Shown here: piece by piece, positions 19,082 to 27,993 of the stretch
Layout of the letters: every line of letters starts with the position of its first letter
Numbering within the stretch: the stretch's first letter is position 1
NCBI GenBank assembly: GCA_031082315.1
Contig: JAVHLC010000001.1
Location: forward strand, 221,224 to 285,223
Length of the DNA stretch: 64,000 nt
Reading direction: 5' to 3'
DNA from: Thermodesulfobacteriota bacterium
Lineage (GTDB): Bacteria > Desulfobacterota > QYQD01
Translations under genes and position numbers: made by a program
Notes under the pieces: generated by a model
What the model was told of the DNA's origin: nothing
The model's database searches: none
The model's input: the letters and a program-made list of their open reading frames with translations, nothing else

Positions 19082-19855
19082 TTATATAACCGTGCCGGGC
19101 AAAAATGCCTTTTTGTTTCTGAGGATAAATACGATTTTTTCTACTAATAGTTTCTCCAAAATAAAAAATGTTCCTATAAGCAGAAAAATATTTACCAGTC
19201 CGAAAAAAGGACCTACAACAAAAAACAGTATCGCGATATCTGCCATGTCCAAAGTAAGGTATGAGACTTTATACTTATTTGTAATCGCCTTGAATTTACC
19301 GGCGAATATCTCGAGAAAGCCCACAAGTTTCTCACCCCGAGCTGATTTATCCACTGCGACCTCTTTATTACTGTTAACCATAGCCTCTCTAAATAATATG
19401 CTCTCGTAGCTTACAAACAGGTATAAAAAGGGAAGCAACATCCCTACAACCAGCCATAATTCACGATTAACAATCACATACTGGCTGTAAATCAAGGCCG
19501 CAAGGCACAAGAAATCACCCGCAGCATCAGCAAGATAATCATAATATTTTCCCATCGGAGATTCTTCTCCCCTGACACGCGCAACCTTTCCATCCACATC
19601 ATCAAGCGTAATGCTTATAAGGTAGGCAAGGGCGCCAAGAATCAGGTAATTCCTTAGCCCAAAATAGAAAAAGAGCGAGGCGCACAATTTAAGAATGAAA
19701 TGTATTAAAGTTATTTTGTTGGGGGTTAATCTTGTGTAATTAACCACAAACCATGCAATCCTTACGGCCAGGAAATCAACTAAGATAAGTCCGCCGATGT
19801 AGTTATAATTTCCCCTTCGGCATCTTTTGATATCTTCAATTGTATATGACGCCAT
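19082..19855 (-). CDS. CDP-alcohol phosphatidyltransferase family membrane protein
   Basis: 257 aa, multi-TM. Signature D-x2-D-G-x2-A-R-x8-G-x3-D-x3-D (LDDVDGKVARVRGEESPMGKYYDYLADAAGD). Confidence 0.7.
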   Translation of the reverse strand: MASYTIEDIKRCRRGNYNYIGGLILVDFLAVRIAWFVVNYTRLTPNKITLIHFILKLCASLFFYFGLRNYLILGALAYLISITLDDVDGKVARVRGEESPMGKYYDYLADAAGDFLCLAALIYSQYVIVNRELWLVVGMLLPFLYLFVSYESILFREAMVNSNKEVAVDKSARGEKLVGFLEIFAGKFKAITNKYKVSYLTLDMADIAILFFVVGPFFGLVNIFLLIGTFFILEKLLVEKIVFILRNKKAFLPGTVI

Positions 19856-19881
19856 AAGTTATCGCAGTATTTTGTATTCTA

Positions 19882-20790
19882 TCATATCTGTTTAGAAACC
19901 GGTTTTTTCGCCAAGACATAAAACAATCTATCCCCAATATAATTTAGTTTGTACTGGGGAATCCTTTTTTTCTTTTCAATGCGAAAGAGGTGCGTGATTG
20001 ACTCAATCATTCTAATAAAATTAGGATCTTTTGATTCGGGTGTATGGCTTTCAAACATGAGATACCCGTCTTCCTTTAATATTCCATGAATCCTTTCCAT
20101 GTGCTCTATAAAGGAAAGATTCAGGTTCTTATCCCCGGTCTGATGGTTGGCGAGCGAAAAAACTAAATCGTATTTTTTATCAAGCTTCATTTTGCTGAAA
20201 TCATCGATTACAAAATTTACATTTTTAATGCCAAGAACCCTCTGCACTTCCCTTCCCATATTCACAATAAACGGGTTAAAATCCACGGCATCCACATGCC
20301 TTACCTTCAGAGCGATTTTCAGCGCTAAAAAACCGCTGTTACATCCTATGTCCAGGGCATATTTCCCCGGCGACAGGTAGTTATCTATTTCGTACTCTTT
20401 TAGCCGCTTATTCGTTTCCCGGAATCCCCGGATGCCTATATCACTCCATCCCTGATAGTAATACCCTCCGGCATAAATGTGACTTCCCCAACCCCTTCCT
20501 TGAGACTCCAGATGCCCTTTGAGTTTTTGGTGCAACGGAATCATTTTCCGCTTAAACAAAGATACGTCCAAGGAATCTCTTGTCCTTAGAAGGGGTATCA
20601 GTATCTTGTTGCGGTGTCTTTTCATAAAAAGAGTGTATCTATTGTTAATTGCCCTATGAATTCTTCGCAATAAAACTTCCTTATCTGCCTGAAGCAAGCA
20701 TAAAAGGAATTTCAAAAATCCCAGTTCACGGATTAATTTACCCGCCGGCTTTTCGCCATTTAAAAACGCATTGAATTCAGACACAGCCAT
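19882..20790 (-). CDS. class I SAM-dependent methyltransferase
   Basis: 302 aa. Motif I YALDIGCNSGFLALK and a downstream acidic motif (VDAVDFNP). Confidence 0.55.
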   Translation of the reverse strand: MAVSEFNAFLNGEKPAGKLIRELGFLKFLLCLLQADKEVLLRRIHRAINNRYTLFMKRHRNKILIPLLRTRDSLDVSLFKRKMIPLHQKLKGHLESQGRGWGSHIYAGGYYYQGWSDIGIRGFRETNKRLKEYEIDNYLSPGKYALDIGCNSGFLALKIALKVRHVDAVDFNPFIVNMGREVQRVLGIKNVNFVIDDFSKMKLDKKYDLVFSLANHQTGDKNLNLSFIEHMERIHGILKEDGYLMFESHTPESKDPNFIRMIESITHLFRIEKKKRIPQYKLNYIGDRLFYVLAKKPVSKQI

Positions 20791-20794
20791 TTAT

Positions 20795-22456
20795 CTATTT
20801 AATCAGCAAACATGCAAGCTTGTAGTTTTCAAATGAGTGTAGTTCCATCCACCCGGAATTCACTTCAATACACGCCACAGGATGGCCCAGGTCAATAATC
20901 TCCTGCAGCAGGTCCGCCAGGCCTGCCCTCTCAAATACAGGGGCCTCATGGAAAGGTTTTCCCGCATATTTTTTAGCAGAGACATCGTAAATTCCCCTGA
21001 ATATTTTGGCTCCCTTTTTTGAAAGCACCAGCAGACCGGGAAATTCAAAATGTGCCTGATCCCTGTCAATCTTCATGCCTATTTGCTTCACCCTTTTTAC
21101 GGAGGCTTCGTGTAATTTACGTTTAGCCTTTACCGGTGCGCTATCGGTGATTACAAGATCCAGAAGCTTGTCTTGTGCATAATCCTTGGAGTCGTAGCCG
21201 GAATCCGCAAGAATTGTAATATCCTCCGGGCTTTTTAAAAGGAGTTCCAGTATCACGTTCTCAAAGTAGATGTCGCCGTAGGAAATTACCGCTTTTGAGT
21301 CCATGTGTTTTCCTGCCTGCATGACGGAATGAAGAATGCCCGTATTTTTATAGTCTGTGTTCTCAAGAAGCCTTACGCCATCCACATCTATTAGTTCTCT
21401 TTTGTAACCGGTTACCACAAATATCTCGGAGATTTCTGATTTGTGCAGTGTTTCAGCCTGCCTTTGTAAAAGCGGCTTGCCATTTATGTCGAGCATGGAG
21501 ATCGGTATTTCGGAAGCAATCTTGTTCATGGAATGTTCTTCCAGATGATCTCCCGCCGCCGCTATAACCGCAATTGTCTTTTCCCTGTCACCATGGAGAA
21601 ACTGTTTTTCATCCTCCTTCATTTTCGGCATGCCTTGAAGCTCGAATATGTACTTCATTGTAGTAATCTTTCCCTCAACGCTCTTTGTAGAACCCGTTCT
21701 CAGAATCTCGCCATATATGGACTCGATTGCCTTCACGGAGGCCCTTATGCCATGGTTTGCATAGACCACGACACTTATCCCGGAATCTGCAAGCTCTTCG
21801 GCGCTTACTTCATAATAGGATGTCGGAACAACTACCAGCGGCAACCGATTTCCCCAGCGGCGTGCGAATTCTAATACCTCATCCGGCGTTTTTTTCTTGG
21901 AATGTATCAATATTGCATCCGCGCCTGCTTCATGGTATGCCTTTGCCCTCATGAGCGCCTCGTCCATTCCGTAGCCTGCTATTAATGCCTCCACCCTGGC
22001 AACTACCATAAAGTCCGGGTCTGTCTGCGCACTCTTGGCAGCCATTATTTTTCCAACAAATTCCGCAACAGACGCGAGTTCCTGCTTTCCTGGGATAAAA
22101 CTGTTTGTTTTCGGAAATTTCTTATCCTCTATACATATTGCAGCGATACCTGCCGCCTCATATTTCTTAACCATATAGATAACATTGTTGGAATTTCCAT
22201 ATCCCGTATCACAGTCCGCCATAACAGGTATGGCAACTGCATCATTTATCTCGCAGGTCCTCTCCAGGTATTGACTCATTGTCAATATGTTTGCATCCGG
22301 CACACAATATGAGGTAGAAATTTCCAGTCCCGATGCCCATATCCCATCAAAGCCCTGGTTTTCACCGAGCTTGGCGGTCAATCCATCATGCGCCCCGATA
22401 AGGCGGACAATTCTTTTTTGTAATATCAGATCGCGTAAAAGTTTTGTTTTTTTCAT
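20795..22456 (-). CDS. phosphoenolpyruvate mutase (PepM) fused to a C-terminal nucleotidyltransferase domain
   Basis: 553 aa. The N-terminal ~290 aa match PEP mutase / isocitrate-lyase superfamily hallmarks (LIGAHDGLTAKLGENQGFDGIWASGLEISTS...ICIEDKKFPKTNS). The C-terminal ~250 aa are NTP-transferase-like (IAVIAAAGDHLEE...). Confidence 0.75.
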   Translation of the reverse strand: MKKTKLLRDLILQKRIVRLIGAHDGLTAKLGENQGFDGIWASGLEISTSYCVPDANILTMSQYLERTCEINDAVAIPVMADCDTGYGNSNNVIYMVKKYEAAGIAAICIEDKKFPKTNSFIPGKQELASVAEFVGKIMAAKSAQTDPDFMVVARVEALIAGYGMDEALMRAKAYHEAGADAILIHSKKKTPDEVLEFARRWGNRLPLVVVPTSYYEVSAEELADSGISVVVYANHGIRASVKAIESIYGEILRTGSTKSVEGKITTMKYIFELQGMPKMKEDEKQFLHGDREKTIAVIAAAGDHLEEHSMNKIASEIPISMLDINGKPLLQRQAETLHKSEISEIFVVTGYKRELIDVDGVRLLENTDYKNTGILHSVMQAGKHMDSKAVISYGDIYFENVILELLLKSPEDITILADSGYDSKDYAQDKLLDLVITDSAPVKAKRKLHEASVKRVKQIGMKIDRDQAHFEFPGLLVLSKKGAKIFRGIYDVSAKKYAGKPFHEAPVFERAGLADLLQEIIDLGHPVACIEVNSGWMELHSFENYKLACLLIK

Positions 22457-22576
22457 ATCTTGTGTTTCTCTATAAAGTTCTATGGTTTTATTAAAATCAG
22501 ATTTCTTTACTGATCTCTAAGGTAGTGTTACATTTCAGAATTACCGTAACGGTCAGTCTGGCAACCAACGCTTTTG

Positions 22577-23911
22577 TTATAATTGCAAGCTCTCCTTGAT
22601 CCTGAACTTCTTACTTACGTCAGAGAAAAATCTTTTGTAATGCAGATAATCAGACCCATCAAGTAACACCAGTTTTTTAAGATTTATATCAGATTCTTTC
22701 GCAAAGATTAAAGCCAAAATAAGTGTAGAAGCGGTGTATGTTATTGTTGAAGATATGGCCGCCCCCCGGATCCCCAAACGGGGAATCAGTAGCAGGTTAA
22801 GAGCAACATTCAGGACAACACTTGATGCGTAAATGTAATTGATCATCCCTACCCTGGCCTTGCCAATAAAATAGTGGTTCAATGATATGCCTGCCCCCAT
22901 TGCCACGATCCCGGGTAAAAGAATCTTAAGCGAAGAAAGCAAGGGCAGAAAATCCTTCCCGTAGAAAATTTCCACGGCGACTGGAGCCAAAAAGTAGACA
23001 AACAATCCTACCACCGCCATAAGCCAAAGTGTATTACGAAAAGCTGTAGCTGTTAGGCCTTTCCCATATTTGTCTTCTCCTGAGGCGACCCTTGGCAGGA
23101 CCAGGATATCAGTTGCATTCAGTAACCATATCTTCTGACCAAAACCTGCTGCCAGACTGTAAAAGGCAACCTGAGGCGGAGTTAAAAAATAAGCAATTAT
23201 CCACAAGTCTATTCTGTAGTGAAGGGAGCTGATAACATTTCTGAGATATACTTTACACCCATAGCTCAGAAGAGAGCGGAAATGAACAACCTTTGATGAT
23301 ACAGAGGGAAATCTTCCCGTTGTAAGCCTGAATTTCCATAATGTGTATAAGGCTGCAAATATATTTATTAAAGAGTGCCCTAAAATGACCGCTCCTATGT
23401 CCAGAGAAGTGGTCAAGAATAAGATAATTCCTGTAATGCCCGGAAGAACACCGTTAATAAACCTTATTCTGTTTATTGTATGAATATCTTCTTTTGCTAC
23501 AAAAATATAGGTAAAGTAATTAATTATGAAACGCGGGGGGAGGGTCACAAGTATGGCAAGAAAATACCAGGTGGCCACCCCATGCTCTTTTATAAAAGTG
23601 GTTATAAAAAGGTCACTATACGCATAAAATAGCAGTGTCGGGATGCTTCCGATTATAAATGATGCAATCAATAAGACAGCGGCGGCATCCCTTATATCCA
23701 TCTCCTTCTTTGATATCTTATAGACCGAGGCTACCCCCATGCCTAAGCGTCCGAACGTCTCAAAGAATTGCGGAATGAGCATAATAATGGCTATGATTCC
23801 GAGCTTGGTAGGCCCCAAAAGCCTTGCAAGCATGATATTTGCCAGCATCCCTATCAGAAGTACAAATATCCTGTTAGAAACGATGGAAACGTATTTATTT
23901 GCGGAAGTCAT
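22577..23911 (-). CDS. oligosaccharide flippase (Wzx / MOP superfamily polysaccharide biosynthesis protein)
   Basis: 444 aa, about 12 predicted TM helices, with a typical Wzx N-terminus. Confidence 0.7.
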   Translation of the reverse strand: MTSANKYVSIVSNRIFVLLIGMLANIMLARLLGPTKLGIIAIIMLIPQFFETFGRLGMGVASVYKISKKEMDIRDAAAVLLIASFIIGSIPTLLFYAYSDLFITTFIKEHGVATWYFLAILVTLPPRFIINYFTYIFVAKEDIHTINRIRFINGVLPGITGIILFLTTSLDIGAVILGHSLINIFAALYTLWKFRLTTGRFPSVSSKVVHFRSLLSYGCKVYLRNVISSLHYRIDLWIIAYFLTPPQVAFYSLAAGFGQKIWLLNATDILVLPRVASGEDKYGKGLTATAFRNTLWLMAVVGLFVYFLAPVAVEIFYGKDFLPLLSSLKILLPGIVAMGAGISLNHYFIGKARVGMINYIYASSVVLNVALNLLLIPRLGIRGAAISSTITYTASTLILALIFAKESDINLKKLVLLDGSDYLHYKRFFSDVSKKFRIKESLQL

Positions 23912-24016
23912 CAGTTTTTAGATATCTTGCGAAGCGGCTCTATAGAGCCAGGCCTGATACGCCGGGGGCAATCGCCAATGGCAAAGTACCTTAATGTCCC
24001 TTGCCGGAGGCCGGGA

Positions 24017-24772
24017 TTACCCTGCTGTCCTTTCCTTATATTTCTTTTGTATATATCCGGCGTCAAAATCAATTTCCCCTTTTTCCAGAAGATATTCTGC
24101 AAATCTGAAATCGACAGGATGGTCTATATTAATCTGGAAATCTTCATCCATTATGAAAGGGAGGCACTTTTCGCCATACAGATCCCCTGTTTTAAACAGG
24201 ACCTCTTTTCTTACAGCATAGACCTGACCGTTCCGCCAATATACCTCCGGCAAGTCCTGTCTCCGCGTAAAATCCTTAACATTCAGGTATGGCCTTAAAA
24301 ACCCGTCCTCAATCTTCCTTACCCAATGGGGATTTACATAATGAGGGGCTTTCATCACCGAGACAACGGAATCAACGCCCTTTTCAAGAAGAAGCTCTAT
24401 GCATGCATCTATTGTCTTATACGTCCTGAACGGCGTTGTCGGTTGCAGTAGTACCACTACATCCGTTTTAAAACCGCTACATTTTTCGATCGCCTCAACC
24501 GCATGAATAAGACATGGCGGCGATGCAGCACTGTCGGATGCGAGTTCGGAAGGCCGCAGGATTATTTCACATTCCAGACTTGATGACAATTCAAGTATTT
24601 CCCTGTCTTCTGAAGAGAGTATCAGCCTTGTTAATCTGCGCGAACGTTGCGCCTCTATAATCGTATATGCTACAAGGGGTACGTTCGCAAGCGGTTTCAT
24701 ATTCTTTCTTTTCACGCCCTTAGACCCGCCCCTCGCAAGGATAACACCCAAAACGTTCATTTCTTTTCCCAT
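24017..24772 (-). CDS. CMP-nonulosonic acid synthetase (acylneuraminate cytidylyltransferase family; NeuA/PseF/LegF-like)
   Basis: 251 aa. ILARGGSKGVKRKNMKPLANVPLV signature of CMP-Kdo/CMP-NeuAc synthetase family. Confidence 0.7.
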   Translation of the reverse strand: MGKEMNVLGVILARGGSKGVKRKNMKPLANVPLVAYTIIEAQRSRRLTRLILSSEDREILELSSSLECEIILRPSELASDSAASPPCLIHAVEAIEKCSGFKTDVVVLLQPTTPFRTYKTIDACIELLLEKGVDSVVSVMKAPHYVNPHWVRKIEDGFLRPYLNVKDFTRRQDLPEVYWRNGQVYAVRKEVLFKTGDLYGEKCLPFIMDEDFQINIDHPVDFRFAEYLLEKGEIDFDAGYIQKKYKERTAG

Positions 24773-25947
24773 GCCCTGCAGATCAAAAAAATCCCTTCCT
24801 TGACCGGTTCATCGTAAATAGGATGGAAAGAAATATTCTTAAAGTATGTCTTCAAAAAATACTCCACGCTTTTAGCAGTGTAATGAGTGACGTGGTTGAA
24901 CCAGTCCCAGCGGTGTCTTCCCTCTTCCACATACTTTTTTGCCGGATACCGGTTTGGAACCGAAAAGACCACGCTTCCATTTCTTTTAAGAAATGCCAGG
25001 ATCTTTTCTATAAGATTCTTATGTATGGAGTGGGGAATGTGTTCAAAGGTTTCGGTCATGTAGACGGCATCAAAGGATTCGGGTTCGAATTCGCATTCTT
25101 CTATCGGTGAGTTAATAAAACTGATGTTCTTTTGTATTTCGGCGGGCAGGTAATTTCTTAATTGTTCAGCTTCCTCGAATAGGTGTGGTACAATTTCCAC
25201 ACCAGTTATTATCTTTCCGTTTTCCGCCAGCTTTGTGGTAATAATGCCGCAACTGCATCCCACATCAAGACACCGCTTGCCCGTCGGTATCGAAAGCAGG
25301 GTTTCTATTCTTTGAGGAACATCTCTCGACGACCGGGATAGAATGGGATCGTGTGTTACATCCTTGCCCCAGTAGTCGCCGAGGTTGTCCTTGTACTTTA
25401 TTGCCTGCTTCATTTGTTCTTCGGTTGAATAATAGAAAGATTCCTTGTCTAAGTACTCATAATATTTGGGTAAATCATCCGCAGAAGAAAGACGCACCGC
25501 CTCTTTCTCGGTTATCATAAAGGGGAAGCAGTCATGCTTGGCAAGCTCGAAATCATCAAACCCCTCAGTTATAATCAGTGCAGGGACCGCAGCTCCCGAT
25601 GGCGCGTGCGTCACCAGATATGTAGCCTCTGTTTCTCTGAACCGCCGCAACCCTTCAGGAATCGTTTTCAGATTGAAAAAGGGGTAGCTCAAATCAACTG
25701 CCGCTTTTAATATGCCTCTGGAATCGCGTAAAAAGCCAAGATTGCCATCGGGGCTCTCCCACTCTACGCCGCGGTCAATGACATTGACAACCGCAGCCGG
25801 AAGCGCATCGCGTATTTCTCTGATACGCTTTTCATGGAAACCGTCAATGCCGAGAATCTCATCAACAGTCCTTTGATGGTAAATATCAACTATAATATTT
25901 TGCATGGATACCTTCAAATTCCTTCGCCCAGCAGGCCACGGTAACAC
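24757..25947 (-). CDS. two-domain protein with C-terminal class I SAM methyltransferase domain
   Basis: 396 aa. Motif I CLDVGCSCGIITTKLAENG in the C-terminal half. The N-terminal half is unassigned. Confidence 0.45.
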   Translation of the reverse strand: MLPWPAGRRNLKVSMQNIIVDIYHQRTVDEILGIDGFHEKRIREIRDALPAAVVNVIDRGVEWESPDGNLGFLRDSRGILKAAVDLSYPFFNLKTIPEGLRRFRETEATYLVTHAPSGAAVPALIITEGFDDFELAKHDCFPFMITEKEAVRLSSADDLPKYYEYLDKESFYYSTEEQMKQAIKYKDNLGDYWGKDVTHDPILSRSSRDVPQRIETLLSIPTGKRCLDVGCSCGIITTKLAENGKIITGVEIVPHLFEEAEQLRNYLPAEIQKNISFINSPIEECEFEPESFDAVYMTETFEHIPHSIHKNLIEKILAFLKRNGSVVFSVPNRYPAKKYVEEGRHRWDWFNHVTHYTAKSVEYFLKTYFKNISFHPIYDEPVKEGIFLICRAWEKK

Positions 25948-26753
25948 TCGTATGTATTCAGCTCTTCTTTCGAGAAAGATTCCGGGTCTTCCCCTTTGAT
26001 TTTTTCAAAAAACACCGCGTAATCCGCTAGTTCCCTCAGTTCCACCGGATCACATGCAAGGTGATGGCTTCTGCCCTTCATTTTCTTGTCCAGTGTAAAA
26101 TGTTTTTCGATCATTACCGCTCCCATCGCAATGGCAGCCTTGGGCACATCGACCCCAAGAGTATGGTCGCTGAATCCCACATTGGGTGTTAATGTCCTAA
26201 GCCAATTCATCCGCATAAGCCTGACTTTTTCAGGCGGCGTGGGGTAAAGGGTGGTGCAGTGCAATAGAGTGAATCTGCATCCGTTTTTGGTCTTGAGCAT
26301 GTCTACCGTTTTTTTGATCTCGTCCCGCGGAACACTGCCGGTTGAGAGGATCAGGTGACTGAAATTATCCGCAAGTTTGCCGACCATCTGCCTGCTTACC
26401 ATGTCATAACTGGCCACTTTTATATTTTTCAGGCCGAGGGACCGCAGAAAATCTATCCGCCCGATGTCGAAGCATGTCGTATAAAATGTTATTCCAGCCT
26501 TCCTGCACTCTTCCATCAATTCAAAATGCGCTTCGTCTGAAAGGTTGACACTCATGAACCTTTCCTTATCCGGATGGTTATCCCGCACATTTGAACCCAG
26601 ATACGACTGAAACTTTATCACGTCCGCACCTGCCTCTTTTGCAGCATGGATCATTTCTCTGGCAATACCGATATCCCCATTATGGTTCGAAGCCGCTTCA
26701 GCAACTATCACCGCTTTCATTTTTCCTCCAGCATATATCCGCTTCTTTTGCAA
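25914..26753 (-). CDS. N-acetylneuraminate / pseudaminate synthase family protein (NeuB/PseI-like, TIM-barrel part only)
   Basis: 279 aa. N-terminal VIVAEAASNHNGDIGIAREMIHAAKEAGADVIKFQ typical of NeuB. It seems to lack the C-terminal SAF domain. Confidence 0.65.
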   Translation of the reverse strand: MQKKRIYAGGKMKAVIVAEAASNHNGDIGIAREMIHAAKEAGADVIKFQSYLGSNVRDNHPDKERFMSVNLSDEAHFELMEECRKAGITFYTTCFDIGRIDFLRSLGLKNIKVASYDMVSRQMVGKLADNFSHLILSTGSVPRDEIKKTVDMLKTKNGCRFTLLHCTTLYPTPPEKVRLMRMNWLRTLTPNVGFSDHTLGVDVPKAAIAMGAVMIEKHFTLDKKMKGRSHHLACDPVELRELADYAVFFEKIKGEDPESFSKEELNTYECYRGLLGEGI

Positions 26754-27520
26754 CCGCCTAAAATAGACCTTATGTTGTGGAAGGCCGTCATCGCATGCTC
26801 GGTCATATTTTTCTCATCGAAAAGGAAATCCTGTGCATTCGCGGAACATAACTTGACCTGACGCCCAAGGTTTCGACCGTTATGGTCTTTTTCACCGTCC
26901 TCAAACCGGAATTCAGACAGGTCCACATCCGTATATACGGGGATAACAGCGTTAATCTCAAACCGTGAGCCTATACTCACCCATCCTTCAAACCGGCTCT
27001 CTTTTTCTTCCCAGCATATTGTGAGGGTGTCCAGGCACTCTCTGCCGAATTCCTCCTTAAATTTTTCCGGGTTAAAGAGCTGCCAACCCGGCACGATCTT
27101 ATCACATTTGTAAACCACTACTTCTTCCCAGAGTTCGCGAACCATGAGGTCGGGTTCCAGTATCTCTTCCGTCGAGTCAAAGCGCCCGGTCGGGATGGTA
27201 AATTTACCAGGGTTTGTCGGCGCACTACCGGAACGCTTTATTAGAGGGAACTGACCGTATCGGTCGAACAAAACCCCCCCGCCGCCTGCAAAAAAAACAG
27301 GTATAAACTCCTTGCAGCCCTGTTTTGAATCCTTATTGAATACGGTCCATCTTTCCAGATCATTGAGATACGATGATATCTCCCAATATTTACCAAACTC
27401 CGCGATAGCTAAACGGTAGTGTCTGTCCGTTATCTTCTCCAGATACCCCTTTGCAGCCCACCATTCACCTATAAACAGTCCTCCCAAGGCGTCCACAGGA
27501 GAAGACTCCTCCCCCAACAA
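26717..27520 (-). CDS. hypothetical protein
   Basis: 267 aa ORF, co-oriented and overlapping its neighbours by about 35 nt. No recognisable motif. Confidence 0.3.
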   Translation of the reverse strand: MLGEESSPVDALGGLFIGEWWAAKGYLEKITDRHYRLAIAEFGKYWEISSYLNDLERWTVFNKDSKQGCKEFIPVFFAGGGGVLFDRYGQFPLIKRSGSAPTNPGKFTIPTGRFDSTEEILEPDLMVRELWEEVVVYKCDKIVPGWQLFNPEKFKEEFGRECLDTLTICWEEKESRFEGWVSIGSRFEINAVIPVYTDVDLSEFRFEDGEKDHNGRNLGRQVKLCSANAQDFLFDEKNMTEHAMTAFHNIRSILGGCKRSGYMLEEK

Positions 27521-27659
27521 TATTTTCCTCTTTAATTCCTGTTTTTTGTATATAGCAACTTAACTAATTGCGCATAGTTTTCTCAGAGCGCTGTTGCCGG
27601 AAGATCATTCCTCGAATTTGGTTTCGATGGCCGTAGCGATGCTATTCAGCGATGGAAAA

Positions 27660-27993
27660 TATTCGCTATGAGTGCAGCGCCTATGTATCAACTTCCAGAC
27701 CCGTTCGATAGGATTGAAGGCCGGACTATAGGGCGACCCGGGCGGTCGGCGCGGATTCAGGGCAGGTTACACCTTGTGCGGCCAGAAGGACGGCATGGAG
27801 CCGATGGTCGTAGCGCGTCTCTTGAGATCGATGAATTTCGTCTTGAAGCGCAAGTATCATAGTTTCCGGATCTGAGATGGCCGGTGTTTTCATGAAAACA
27901 TAGTAATACAAACCAGCATGATACGTAATTACTTATGACATTATTAGTGAACAGCTTGGGGAAACGGAAATGAATTTTATCCACATAGTTCAC
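27660..27993 (-). pseudogene. possible transposase N-terminal (HTH_23-like) remnant in a GC-rich island
   Basis: Two overlapping short minus-strand ORFs. One reads ...ETRYDHRLHAVLLAAQGVTCPESAPTARVAL, resembling the RxxRaxaLLaxxGxS...A HTH of IS630-like transposases. No DDE domain follows. Local GC content is far above the flanks. Confidence 0.25.
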
